DNA of 64,000 bases from Paraphysomonas bandaiensis (Eukaryota; Protista; Chrysophyceae). Positions 25,402-37,873 of the stretch are shown in pieces. Positions within the stretch are counted from its first letter, which is position 1; the number at the start of each line of letters is the position of its first letter. The notes beneath the pieces were generated by a model, which searched no databases, was not told the DNA's origin, and was given only the letters and a program-made list of their open reading frames with translations. The translations under genes and the position numbers were made by a program. The stretch covers positions 6,120 to 70,119 of the forward strand of contig CBFFRP010000044.1 of the NCBI GenBank assembly GCA_965644295.1, given 5' to 3'.

Positions 25402-26733
25402 CTATAGAAGTCCCTTGTCAATCCGCGCCGATGGAAAGCTATAATCCACCGTGTCATCTCGAAGCGGATGTACAATACGAAATATCAGGTACCCCACTGG
25501 TGCACTTGACACGTCGAGTGTGCAATACGCCACGGGAGAGCTAGTATTTGCCTCCTTGCCATCGGATTCTCGGGTCGTCCCGCTGGAGGATGCGCGGGTA
25601 CCGTGGTGTTTAGTGATTCGTATATTGACCTCGTATTGAGGTACGCTCCTGATTTCTGTCGAGCCTGCTTCATAAACAAACGTATTTTCTATATTTGCAA
25701 ACTGGGGAAGCGGAAGACCGTACTCGTCGTAGGCCACAAGTGACCAGTACTTTTGCCCCTTCGATCGTAGTGTGCTAGTAACAATGATATCGTCGCCATC
25801 AAGAGCTCTTAGATCATATCTCATCACCCAATATCGGTGCTCCCTAGAAGGCTGCGAGGTCTCCGATGCCGTTTTGATGTCAGGTAACACGAATACGTGG
25901 TTGTGGGGACATATGTTAGTCATGTGCCTCTTGAGTCCACGCTTGCCGATTAGGAACAAATTTTGATAGATAGCATATGAACCAATCATTCCACCAATAA
26001 AAACCGACATGGCTCGCTCTATGCTGTATCCTAGACCAATATACATTGCTCCGATTATAAAGATATTGAATGCAAGAATCTTCTGCATGCGCTGTACATC
26101 AATTCCTTTCACTCCAGTGTTGCCGGCTACCAACACTTGAGCAGGACGAACGACAATACCTGTTTCCGCACAGCAAATAGAAGGAGTTACTACCCGTGTA
26201 CCCGCCGGAACAGCGAAGTTTCTCATTGCAATAAATCCTGCTGGCCAAGTATCTGGGTGTGCAACAAACCCCGGCCCTGCAACAGATGTTGTGGTCTGCA
26301 AGGAATTAATATCATATGATCGGGGATGAAGAAAGACTTCAAATGCTCTATCATTACTGGCTTTTAAAGTTGACAAATCTAAAGTACATGGTGCATCAGA
26401 AGATCCACGAGGATATACAGTAATCGAATTGATACGAGCTGGAGGAAATACTCCATTTATACGTAATGGTCTTCCAAGTGGTAATCCTGTCCAACATATA
26501 TTAAAATTAGATGGTTCAGGAAGTGTTCTCATTAAAGATATAATTAAATCATCAAATGCATGAGGATTTCCTGGTATATCTGATGTAACATAACGATGAA
26601 ACATTTGATTCTTTCTAAATAATAATTTCCCTATCATTGGAACCCATATAATAAGATTAATAACTATAATGAATATAATGAATATGATATCATGAATATA
26701 TATATATAGATTGGCGATATTTGTATCTTCCAT
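25402..26733 (-). CDS. Hypothetical membrane protein (about 3 TM) with a DUF1214/DUF1254-like C-terminal motif
   Basis: Intronless ORF with hydrophobic segments; KYWSLVAYDEYG...GYLIFRI motif. Confidence 0.7.
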   Translation of the reverse strand: MEDTNIANLYIYIHDIIFIIFIIVINLIIWVPMIGKLLFRKNQMFHRYVTSDIPGNPHAFDDLIISLMRTLPEPSNFNICWTGLPLGRPLRINGVFPPARINSITVYPRGSSDAPCTLDLSTLKASNDRAFEVFLHPRSYDINSLQTTTSVAGPGFVAHPDTWPAGFIAMRNFAVPAGTRVVTPSICCAETGIVVRPAQVLVAGNTGVKGIDVQRMQKILAFNIFIIGAMYIGLGYSIERAMSVFIGGMIGSYAIYQNLFLIGKRGLKRHMTNICPHNHVFVLPDIKTASETSQPSREHRYWVMRYDLRALDGDDIIVTSTLRSKGQKYWSLVAYDEYGLPLPQFANIENTFVYEAGSTEIRSVPQYEVNIRITKHHGTRASSSGTTRESDGKEANTSSPVAYCTLDVSSAPVGYLIFRIVHPLRDDTVDYSFPSARIDKGLL

Positions 26734-27434
26734 GTGTATGTTTAGTGTAATATAATGATAGTATTGTGTTAGATTATATGAATATGTTTTCAATTATGAT
26801 AATATCTTGTAAATATAAGATGATTAATGGGTTGTGTTGTGATATATATATATATATGTATGTACTGCTGTTGAATGCTGTAAAGTGGTGTGATTGAGGA
26901 TGGTATGCTGGTGGTGTATGAATGATATCTATATCCAGTGCTCTGTAGGTACGTAGGTACAGTATTCCAAGAGGCGGAGTGTGTACGATCCATGGCAATA
27001 GATGTACTGCAGGATGCATACCTATACAGCAGTATATCTGTACAAAAACGACCTACAACATGCACATATACCTGTTTTTGTGGGAGATTTGTGCACGATG
27101 TATGGATATAAGCTGCAGTATATGTTTTTGTTCGGTTTTCTGTTATAGTGTACCACCAAAACTGGCATATTTTAGATTTTAGTAGAAATTATACACACAC
27201 TGTACTCCACACATCATATATATTGTGAGTATTTTGAATTTGAAAAGCACATACTGTGAAAAACTGTTCCATATCTGCCTCCAGATATACATACCCTGAA
27301 CCACTGTAGATGTGATACTATATAATTGTGATAGAGTTCAATTAAAACACATTCAAAACGTATGTGGATTTGAATCACTGGAATTTCTATTACTTTCCAG
27401 GAGATTTCTTGTCTTCTTCATACTATTAATCAAA

Positions 27435-30069
27435 ATGACAAGAGATGAACTAGATGTAAAAGAAGGTTATATATATCGTAATGAAGAAAATAAGCGAAAT
27501 TCTATACATGATACATCTTCAACAATCACATCTTTACATCCAAATCGTCATATAAAAAAAAAGAAAAGTATTAATAAATATGAATCCCCATATGTACGTG
27601 AAGCACGATTAAAAGCAGAAGAACGTGCAAGACGAGCATATAAGAAATCAAAAGAAATAAAACCATGGAATAATGATTTTACAAAAGAAATACCCCAATA
27701 TTTTGATAATAAAATACATAAATCTGAAATATTTAAATTACAACCAAGAGATCCATCAAAACCTTCAAGTAAAGAGAATTTATGGTCAAATTTAAGAGAA
27801 TATCATCCAACTTCACATCCAACAACTTCGACTTCATCTATGAAACGATCATCAAAGTTAACTATGCGAACTAATGAGGTATGACTATGTATGTATGTAT
27901 GTATATGTATGTATGATTATATATGTGTATGTGTACATGTATGTATGTATGTATGTATGTATGTATGATTATATATGTGTATATGTATATGTGTGTATGT
28001 GTACATGTATGTATATATATATAACTATATGTGTATTATCTATTAGACGTCTCCGGTTAATTCTCCGCATAAGAAGTATGGATTTATCCCCAGAGACCAC
28101 GTATCATCACAGGTGCCACAGTGATACATACATACATAGATAGATAACTACCCATATATATATATGCATGTATGTATATACACATACTGTGCTCGTTGTT
28201 CGTGTGTCTTGTGTTATCTTACATGAGATCAGGTTGATATGAGCTCACCGGTATCTGATACACATGATAAGCAGCCACTAGACTCTGATCATCATGACAC
28301 ACCACATTCAAGACAAGATATACATCACTCTAATAGGGATCCTCACTACTCACAGCCCACTTATTCATCTGCACATCATAATCCAGGCACTTCCTCCCCT
28401 CATCGCATGTCTATATCATCATCCACCCAAACACTTGATAGTACCACGCCCTGGATGCCTTCATATCACGATACACGACGTGGTGAACCTGAGAGACAGT
28501 CATCTTCACCACATAGGGGCACACGCGAGAGAATAAACGCCACAATGTCGCCACAGCGGCGCAGAAATTCATCCCCTCACACTTCCGACAGAAGGGTATT
28601 AGCATCTCCGCGAACTCACCGGACTAGTTTTGAAAGGGAGAGTGTACCGATAGCACCCAAGCGAGTAACTACTCGTGCTACATCTCCTTTTGACCCTAAC
28701 GTAGTGGATCGACTACTTTCCACAAAGTCAGTAGGGGACAACATCCCCCCATCAAACCCTACACAATTCCCCTTAAGTCACAGCCGAGGACCGGAAGGAA
28801 CATTGGAGGCAACCTTGGTAAGGATTTTGGAACACCAAGCACGGGCTCAGGAGGTGCGATATGTATGTCTTTCATCAACGTGTATGCTAAACTAGGGCCC
28901 AGGTCAGCAGCACAGCTAACTCAACTGCTTTGGGAAACGTCAGTAAGCTAGTTACAGAAATGGGAAAGTTAATTATATCTGCTGGCGATAAGAAAAAACA
29001 TCGCCGGCGTTCCAAAAGTCAGACCTTTGCCTCGTCGAGCAGAAGTGCAACCGCGTCTCCGACGCTTCGAAGTCAGCATGAAATGCTCGTGTACACCCCC
29101 CACAGAGATGTATATGACAGCACCCAGCAGACACAAACTCATGGACCAAGTGATTCCACCGGGCTCATAGAGGAGGCAGATGCATCGCGCACAATACATG
29201 TGAATAAACGCGAGGAAAGTATATGCAAGCAGAATAAATGGACAGGACCTGTAAAAGCCAATAGCTGCAACAAGAGGAAGACGAAAGCAGATATGTTGGA
29301 CCACGTACTCAGCAAAATCCAAGCGATGGAGCACCAAGAACAGGAGACCTCTCGACTGCTTGTAAATAGAAAGAACCGAGACCGCCACGCGGATATCCCC
29401 GTATCAACCTCCAGTTCAAAAGAAGTTAAAATAAACCATAAGGGCTCCCCTCTGCGTCGTGTGGTAACAAAACCACCAGTAAATGAGGTAGGCTCCCAGC
29501 GCCATGTTGTTTGAATCTTCTTTCTAATATGTTGCTCAAAGTCACTCCAGGATGCTATTTTCATGCAAAAAACTGAATTCGACTACCTGGACCGTATTGA
29601 ATCCGCAATATCGCATACGCAAGACACAACTGATGTGCTGAATCTACCTGAAGAGAAAGGTGGACTAGCGGTATATAAATCACCAGTGGATGGTGAAAAT
29701 AGAATTTCTGAGCCATCTAATGAGCTTCAGAGGGCAATGAAATATGTCGCTGCAGATTCTGTGATGCGACATGATGTGAAAGAGTACCAGCTCGAGTTTA
29801 AAAGGTTAATCAGGCAATTTGCAGTCGTTTCTATCATAATTTTGGTGCGTAACAGGTGGAAGAAACTTAGAGAATGTGTATTTCGAGAGAACAAAACTAG
29901 TTTACATGATGTTGTTGTCAGGTGACATACTTTTCGAATTTGCTTTTTTAAATTGATTGTTTTTGATAGACTTTCGGACGCTTTGCTGAATGACCTGCTC
30001 GACGGTGCGACAGATGAACTTGAAACATTATTTGCTGAAATAGCGGATAAGTTTATAGATAAGATTTGA
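27435..30069 (+). CDS. Hypothetical multi-exon Ser/Arg/His-rich low-complexity protein with an acidic helical C-terminus
   Basis: Chain of ORFs (27312-27884, 28239-28895, 28930-29514, 29563-29925) linked by GT-AG introns; last exon ends ...IADKFIDKI*. Confidence 0.7.
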
Positions 30070-31293
30070 TTGTCGAATAGCCAAGGGTACTATATTTCGT
30101 TGTTAATTATTTATAAGTGTTTCTTTTTGTGGAGTTGTCAGTTTGTTTTCTTTGTGTTATCTAGCACACACATGCTCCTAAACTACGACTAAATATAAAT
30201 TGGAAAAATATAGAGCGATATGCAGCTGTACTCTGTACTAAAAATTTGTAACTCATGAATACTTTCTAATTAATGTACTAAGCAAATGGTGTGAGATAAA
30301 ATCAACGAGATGTCGTAGAAAATCATAGCCATGTATCATGTATACTTGATTAACCGGAAACGCGTTCTAAGTAAAATTAAACATATTGTGACAGCGCTTA
30401 TTACTTATTGCTATTTGTTACACTGTTTAGTTGCACAACAAGAAATCTTAAAAAGGGGTTATCTTATCCCTCAACAAAGTCGACTCGCACTTTTTCGAGG
30501 TGTTCTGGGGATTCCAAACGTGAGCGACAAACATAGACAGCAGAAAACGTTGTGCCCACTCATAGCCAAATGTTTGTGTGGTACAAGGGACACTAATATA
30601 AGTGTCACTTGTTTAGACGTCTTTGGACCCTGATGAATAAACAGGCATCCGGGAATGGGTCCGCCTGAAGGGTAACCGGGGCATTGGGCTGCCTGCTGAA
30701 GTCAAACATCCGGGGGGTTCAATCATCCTGAAGTCAGCAGATGTCAGGTACATCAACTTCCTGCTTGCTCACTGCGTTTGCTTTAAGTGATAGAGCAAAA
30801 GTGGATGCACCTTGGTGCTTGAAGTGACACACAAGAAGCTTTCGTAGCGCTAAATAGTAGGATATCAAAGTTAAGCACAATTTAGTTAAATTGCGATAAA
30901 TGCTAAATTAACTCTGACTCTCAAATGCTTACTGCTAACAATTAGATATTCACTACTCATAACTAACATATATATATACCAAGAATTATATATTTACAGA
31001 ATTAAATAATTGTTCAACATTACGCAAAACTACTCAACAACTTTGATCTCAGTGAAAATACTGACAAATTCAATTAATGAATGATATATATACCTGTTGG
31101 ACATTACATAGACTTCTATTGTTTGTTGCATTTTATTTTTTACAAAATGATACCTACCAGTATGTCGTATTTCCTTGATTTGATATACCACAGGGCCTCC
31201 TTCATATATATACACCTGATTGTATACTTCACATGTTTAACAAGTAGAATGCTCATGGAAGTCAAAGCAACGTATTTAGTATATAGTGTATAG

Positions 31294-31752
31294 CAGGGAT
31301 AGGGAATAATATATTGTATTGCAATATATTGTAAATGTATTGATGTTGTACCGGCAAAAATTCCATCAATATTGTTTCTGTTAAATTACCTTACAATATA
31401 TATTGCAATCAATATTTTGCAAGCTTCCAAATGTAGGGTGCAAAACTCAAGCAGGCGAAGAATTAGAGTTAACAGGATTTGAGATAGATGTTGCTAGAAT
31501 ATATCTCCGTTCAGACAGTGATTGCAACAAGCTGAAATATTAAGAAGCAAAACGTTGAAAGAACTAAGTGCAGGTGTGCAGGTGCACAAGACATGTTTTA
31601 TGTCAGTCCATTACATGTGAACGTCTATTCTCTATTCTGTGCAGCTAAACTTAATATATCAGCGTTGCGCAAGCGTATGCATCTTACTACACTTAATATG
31701 ATGTTGTTTCTGAAAGCTAATTGACAGTTGTGGCCGGATGAAGGCATATTCA
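31294..31752 (+). mobile_element. Second, truncated copy of the hAT element at 24501
   Basis: Starts cagggatagggaataatatattg and shares ttccatcaatattgtttctgttaaa, gttcagacagtgatt and gttgtttctgaaagctaa..gacagttgtggccggatg. No right TIR found. Confidence 0.85.
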
Positions 31753-32093
31753 AATCACATAAAGGTATTTAGTCAGTTTTAATCAATCAAATATATAGAA
31801 TTTATTTGTGTGGAAAGTACAGAATAGTAACCTTACATTCCTCAATACTTTAATATTAAGAGGTATATCTATGAACTCCACCAACATATTTTCTCAAAAT
31901 TGGTTGCAGTTTTTAACTTAACTCATTAATCTAATAAATATGTAAGCAGAGTAATATGTACATATGCACAGTTCATAAAAAGCCAAAAACTTCTACTTGA
32001 AAACAATACTATGGGAAAATATGTGTGCCTGTTAATCAAGCAGAATAAAATAGAAAATTGGGCAGGTTGAAATCCCAGTAATAAATATTACAT

Positions 32094-33122
32094 TTAGCTT
32101 TCTCGATCAGTTTCATTTTCACGCTTTAGCCTATCTTCTTCGAGTTTCGAATATATCTGATACATGAGTCTGTTCTGCGACGGAATTCCCGGGTAACCGA
32201 ATCCTACTGGTGGGCACCAAGGCATTGATACATGTCTGTGTGGTGCAACTTCATCCTCATCTCCAAAATCATATGGGTTCTTCCCCTTCGGATATTCCTT
32301 GTACAATGAGTAATCTCGGTCATGTGTGTAGCTGAGACATTGAGGATCAGGTGGCCCTTCCTCGTTTTCGTACACACTCATCCGCTCCTCGAATACATCA
32401 CTTTGTCGATACGCCTCATTCTTGCACCACATTATTAAGTTGTGCCGCTCGCCTGAAATTATAGAGTCCGCTCCATGTCTCTGCTGCCCCAAGTGAACTA
32501 TTGCCCGACCCACAACATGAGGGTAACTGAGAGAGTATTTGCGGTGTCGAGCTTCAGCCATTTGTCCACAAAATGTCAAGCCAGCTCCCACGAACCCCTC
32601 CTTACCTAGACAAATGTTCCAGGTAACATCAGAATCATCTGTATGCATATCAAGAGATCGATCTTTGTTCGGATCATAGGATACAATAAATGTATGATGA
32701 TCTGTAAATTCCGATCCTTCCAGTGGATATAATACACGTGACAATGGTAACAAATACCGTTGTTGTAAATCAGTAAGTGTTTCTTTCATACCCATTGTAT
32801 TTAATATTAAACCATAGTTATTCATACTATTAGGTCGTGCAATTGGTATATCATTCTCTATAGAATATGCAATAAACTGTTCCATTTCATGTATAATCAT
32901 ATGACAGATTTCATATGTAAATATATTTAATGAATATACATGTAAATATTCTTTTTTGATTAAATTTAATTTCATTAAATCATTTAATTTTATATTTTGT
33001 TGTATAGAATTTAATAGTGTATGATATTGTGGATTAATCCAATCATTTTCCCATTTCCCAGAAAATAATTGAGGATAACAACAATAATTAGATGTAATAT
33101 ACATTTGAATATTATGATTCAT
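32094..33122 (-). CDS. 2-oxoglutarate/Fe(II) oxygenase, OGFOD2/PLOD-like
   Basis: RPNSMNNYGLIL, DRSLDMHTDDSDVTWNICLG (HxD), HLGQQRHGA..I.SGERHNLIMW. Confidence 0.88.
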   Translation of the reverse strand: MNHNIQMYITSNYCCYPQLFSGKWENDWINPQYHTLLNSIQQNIKLNDLMKLNLIKKEYLHVYSLNIFTYEICHMIIHEMEQFIAYSIENDIPIARPNSMNNYGLILNTMGMKETLTDLQQRYLLPLSRVLYPLEGSEFTDHHTFIVSYDPNKDRSLDMHTDDSDVTWNICLGKEGFVGAGLTFCGQMAEARHRKYSLSYPHVVGRAIVHLGQQRHGADSIISGERHNLIMWCKNEAYRQSDVFEERMSVYENEEGPPDPQCLSYTHDRDYSLYKEYPKGKNPYDFGDEDEVAPHRHVSMPWCPPVGFGYPGIPSQNRLMYQIYSKLEEDRLKRENETDRES

Positions 33123-33688
33123 ATTGATATATTCGATTAAGGTTTATGTTAAGTGTGTGTATATGTATAGAATGAGAGGGAGTTGGTATATATATGGAAG
33201 GTGTGTATGAGAGATGTGCATGTACATGTACATGGATGTGTGTGTATTGTATATATAGAAGCCGTCAGGAAGATTGGAAGAATTCTCTCTTCGGTCATAC
33301 AAGACATACAAGACATATATGTACTGCTGTACCTGGTGTACGCGTACGTGTATCAGATGGTACGTATCTACTGTATATATGGTATATGTAGAATTACATA
33401 CAGCAGTGTATATTATACAACTGTGTATATAATTATACTGGAACGTGTACAATATCAATGATTTTCTATAACAAAACCATGCATTTCTAGATATTGCATT
33501 GGAATTTTTGAGATTTACTAGCTGTACAATACACAATGCTGTTTGTAGTATGTGTTGCTTTGGGCGCCATGCAGAGTGCCTCCAGTACGCACATACTGAA
33601 CTTGGAGTTATATACATACACAGTCATATTAATAACTCTACAGTCATAGTACAAACAAAGAGAAGAGAATTTAATAGAAACTATTCAT

Positions 33689-34066
33689 ATGGTATATCTT
33701 ATCTATGAAATAGAAGATCATAACATATCTTAAACAGGCAAATATTAAAACTGAAGAGAGTTTATTAGAAGACATCGAACAATCCACTCGACGTGTATAT
33801 AATCAGGTATCAACTATATATATATACATATGATCTGTTATATATATATATTGTAGTCAAAAATATTAGATGAAGAAGCAAAAGAACATACAAGACTGTT
33901 AAATGGTATGGAAAATGGGGTTCATGATGCTCAAGTAGGACTAGAATCTAATACTACACGTGCCTATGGTATTAATCAACGCAAAGGGTCATTGACTTGG
34001 ATGTACTGTGTTATTACAGGAGAAGTGATATTATTAATTATATTGTTGATATCTGGACTGACATGA
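33689..34066 (+). CDS. Small tail-anchored SNARE (Qc-like), 3 exons; absent from the ORF track
   Basis: Spliced product M|ANIKTEESLLEDIEQSTRRVYNQ|SKILDEEAKEHTRLLNGMENGVHDAQVGLESNTTRAYGINQRKGSLTWMYCVITGEVILLIILLISGLT* has a heptad SNARE motif and a C-terminal TM. Confidence 0.7.
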
Positions 34067-35502
34067 ATATATATCTGTATAACACCTTTTTTGTAATGCA
34101 ATGTACGAATCGAAACTGTAATTAGAAAAGAATTTGTGTATGTATTGATGTCGTTGACTGCCTTGTAATGTGAACAATGAGTAAATGATATGATGAGACC
34201 TACCTTTATGTATAGCAAATTGTTGAAACTTATCAGGCTTGAGGCCACGAGAAATCAAAAGACTGCTTATCAATTACAGTGATACACGAAATTTTCCATA
34301 GGATAGATATGAAGTACCAACTGAGAGCTAATTAACTACAGAATAACATATACTTTGTTCAGATTTATATTCTTATAGCTTGACTATATATCACAGAAAT
34401 AGAAGTCATCGTATTTCTTGTTACGTAAATTTTACGAAATGTGTCACATGGGATAATACTGCACTCCAAGAAGCCTTGCAACAAGATCCTGTTGTGCCAG
34501 TGGACGAAATCAAAAACACTGACGATGTGTAGTCATAGGAGTTACGACACGTATTCTGTTATTTAATCTAATTTGTAAATAAGGTAGTACCCCGCTATCA
34601 TGTATTATTCTGTTATCTATTATGAGCAATAAACCTTGTGAGCTTGTGCGTCATTGACGCTAACTTTAATTACTATAATTGCGGCCAACATAGGCTATTA
34701 AAGGATACTAGGCCCTGACTGAAATACATAGATACCAATTGAAGTTGGAGCCTTGGATTCCCAACACACAGTATAGCACCCTGATAAATTTCACTGTATA
34801 TAGTTACTTCGGAATATGACGACTGTGTCTTCTATTGCTCGATGTCTCTTAGTTTTATTGACTTCTACATCTCATTCTTAGCTGCTAAATACATTTGCTC
34901 TATAAGATGTCAAAGAAGTGTGGACATAAGGCTAAAGTGTTGGAGTTTTATCTTGAAATGCGTTATTGTAGACCGGGTTCAATTTTGTACAGGATATGAA
35001 AAATTCAGTATGACTACATACATCACTGCATTTATGACGCGATTATGAAACGGTTACACAAGTACCACATAAGTAATAATAAGTACTACTAATACAAAAC
35101 ACAGAAAACGTTGGACTGTTTAAGTGAACATTTATGCTGTTACAACTCTATGCCTGTGACATATAGATATACAACAACTAGTATACCACAAATACATTTA
35201 CCGACAAGTGTATGTGCATTGCGCAAAAAACGGAGTCAATCGTGCAATATCGTTTTGAAACGGGGATTACTATGAACTCTTGAGTATGTAGTATATTATA
35301 TATCACCTAAATCACACTCACATCTGTGTCGATGATTCACTATCAGATATTGCCCGTACCCCCATACAAACATTCTGTAGTGTTGAGCGTTGATGAATAC
35401 TATACCCAGCTTACATATTTAGTGTGCACAATACACAATCTAATCTGAAAGAGTGGCATCTCTTTCCAGTCTTATTATATATTATATATTATTAAATATA
35501 TA

Positions 35503-35540
35503 AGACCTACGAGGGTGTAATAGACCTACGAGGGTGTAAT
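35503..35540. repeat. Perfect 19-bp tandem duplication (agacctacgagggtgtaat x2)
   Basis: Directly visible. Confidence 0.85.
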
Positions 35541-35877
35541 ATGATACCATTCAGGGAAGATGGAATTAATATGCTAAAATACGCTAATACATTATCTGTA
35601 CTATCTCACTGGCTCTACTTCTTAGAAAGGCCAAGTTGACGGCTATTACTTTGATTTATACGAATATTTCGATTTTAGACAAGACAGGGATGTTCGTATG
35701 ACAGCATGAATTGTAAACTAATATATCACCAAACAGAAATAATAGTTATTAATAAATTATTAATTTGATTGATAACTCATTACGTGCAGAACCTACATCA
35801 TACCAGTGGAGCCAGTCACAGTACAATATTTAGTGCAGACTGAATCCAGGCGTAATGATATACACGTCGTCATTATA

Positions 35878-37092
35878 TCATATACTCTCTCCAAGCAAAA
35901 GTGTTACTTCCGTTGTAACAGAAGCGACCAATGTCAGGGATCCATTATTCTTAATATGCCCATCGTTAAAGATAGTCGCAGTTTCAATGAAGTTTGGGAA
36001 TCCCCAGTCGATTTTACCGGGACGAAACACCAGTGACTGCTTCGTTCCACGTTTGACAGATGGAAAAAGCGGGTTCTTCTTGCATAACGCAATAGTAAAA
36101 TCCACTCGCAAATCTCTTTCTATATCAGGAAAGTAAATCCGTGCCTCATGGAAGTCATTTCCCCGTGGAGTTGGTCTGAATTCGAGGAAAAACTCCCTTC
36201 CTTCGACAGACTGTCTATGAGAGCGATAAATTTTTTCCGGCGAAAACCCTGGGATAGTAAAGACTAGCTCAGTTGTAGCACACTTACTCTGGAGCTGCTG
36301 GATAGTACGCTGCTGCGAGGTGATCATTCTCTGTTGGGAAAGTATAGTAGACATCATCATCGGAATATGTGCTTTTAAGTCACTATTGTGTGACGCCAGG
36401 TCCTTACGCTTCACCATTGCTTCGCATCCCAGGATAGATAGCTCACATTTAACAGTTTCTTCTGGGCAAGTAGTAGATCGGTGATTGTCCACCATGTTTC
36501 GAGGAATCCTTGTGGCATCCCCACTCGTGGTATGGCATCCATTAGGGCAGGGAATTACAGTTTTGGGACATACTTCTTGATGACCAGAAATCAGATAGTG
36601 CTTCATGGATTGCTCACAAAATCCACATGTAACCACGCGGTGTTTGCACGAAATACCATGTTTTCGTGCATCTGATCGTGGAAAGATATCTTCACAACCC
36701 TCATTACAACACATGACTTGTACAAATGGACATGATTCCATATGACTTTTTAAATCTAACATCTTTCCATTCCATTGACATTTCTTACCTTTTATATCAT
36801 CTAATATAGATGGGCACTTTAATATAAAATCATTAATTAAATCAGCCACCACTCTATTCGTTATTAAATGACTGTTATATAATTCACTTGTGGAACATTT
36901 CATAGGACATTCTTTCCGTAATTTTAAAGAATTTTCAATACATTTTCTACAAAATGAATGACCTTTAGGACATTGTACAGGATCTTGCATAACATCAAAA
37001 CATATTGTACAATGAAAATGTTCATTAGGTGGGGTGATATATAAAGTATTTGGTATACCTCTTGATGTATAATGTAAAGCAAGTGGATACAT
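35878..37092 (-). CDS. TRAF-like protein: RING, TRAF zinc fingers, coiled coil, MATH domain
   Basis: CTICFDVMQDPVQCPKGHSFCRKC...CPMKC RING; repeated H..C...C..C zf-TRAF units; DWGFPNFI MATH motif. Confidence 0.9.
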   Translation of the reverse strand: MYPLALHYTSRGIPNTLYITPPNEHFHCTICFDVMQDPVQCPKGHSFCRKCIENSLKLRKECPMKCSTSELYNSHLITNRVVADLINDFILKCPSILDDIKGKKCQWNGKMLDLKSHMESCPFVQVMCCNEGCEDIFPRSDARKHGISCKHRVVTCGFCEQSMKHYLISGHQEVCPKTVIPCPNGCHTTSGDATRIPRNMVDNHRSTTCPEETVKCELSILGCEAMVKRKDLASHNSDLKAHIPMMMSTILSQQRMITSQQRTIQQLQSKCATTELVFTIPGFSPEKIYRSHRQSVEGREFFLEFRPTPRGNDFHEARIYFPDIERDLRVDFTIALCKKNPLFPSVKRGTKQSLVFRPGKIDWGFPNFIETATIFNDGHIKNNGSLTLVASVTTEVTLLLGESI

Positions 37093-37224
37093 GTATGTAG
37101 ATATGTGATTATGATGATGTGATATATATATATGTATGTATGTGTGTGTGTTGAGACTATGAATATATATGTAGAGATCTTCTTATGATTATATTGAGAG
37201 ATATGAAGATGAAGTAGATATGGA

Positions 37225-37400
37225 TGTATGTATGTGTGTATGTATGTATGTATGTATGTATGTATGTATGTATGTATGTATGTATGTATGTATGTATGTA
37301 TGTATGTATGTATGTATGTATGTATGTATGTATGTATGTATGTATGTATGTATGTATGTATGTATGTATGTGTGTATGTATGTATGTATGTATGTATGTA
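37225..37400. repeat. (TATG)n microsatellite
   Basis: Directly visible. Confidence 0.97.
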
Positions 37401-37873
37401 TTGACATTTACTTGCTTTGGTGAAGAAATATCCTTGAAGTGAATTTTATAGGAAATATATTTATACGGGTTGTTTCAACCGGAATGTGTAGCCGGTATAT
37501 TAGGTATTCTGCTGTTCAAGACTCTTTGGCACATACCGTTCACCCGTTCACGATAATGTGAGAGCACTCTGTATATACAGCAGAGTATGGTTAGATTGGA
37601 CAGAGGTATATGGTATACCAGTATACCATGGTATACAGCAGGTATATAGAGCTGTGTTTATATACGCATACTCTGTAAGTCTCTATATGTAGGTACGTAT
37701 ATGCTATAGTGTAGTAGTAGAGACTATAGACTAGAGAGCATATAGAACACAGTCCACAGATCTACTTACATCTTCATCCCTCCCTCATCATTCATTCTTA
37801 CAAATCCATCCATGAACTCTATATAAACAATACCCTCTTCTCTTCTCTCCTCTCATCTCTTCACATATTAACA

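Noticed and set aside
30625-30665. Hammerhead ribozyme (CTGATGA inside a stem)
   Set aside because: No correctly placed GAAA or stem II/III could be found.
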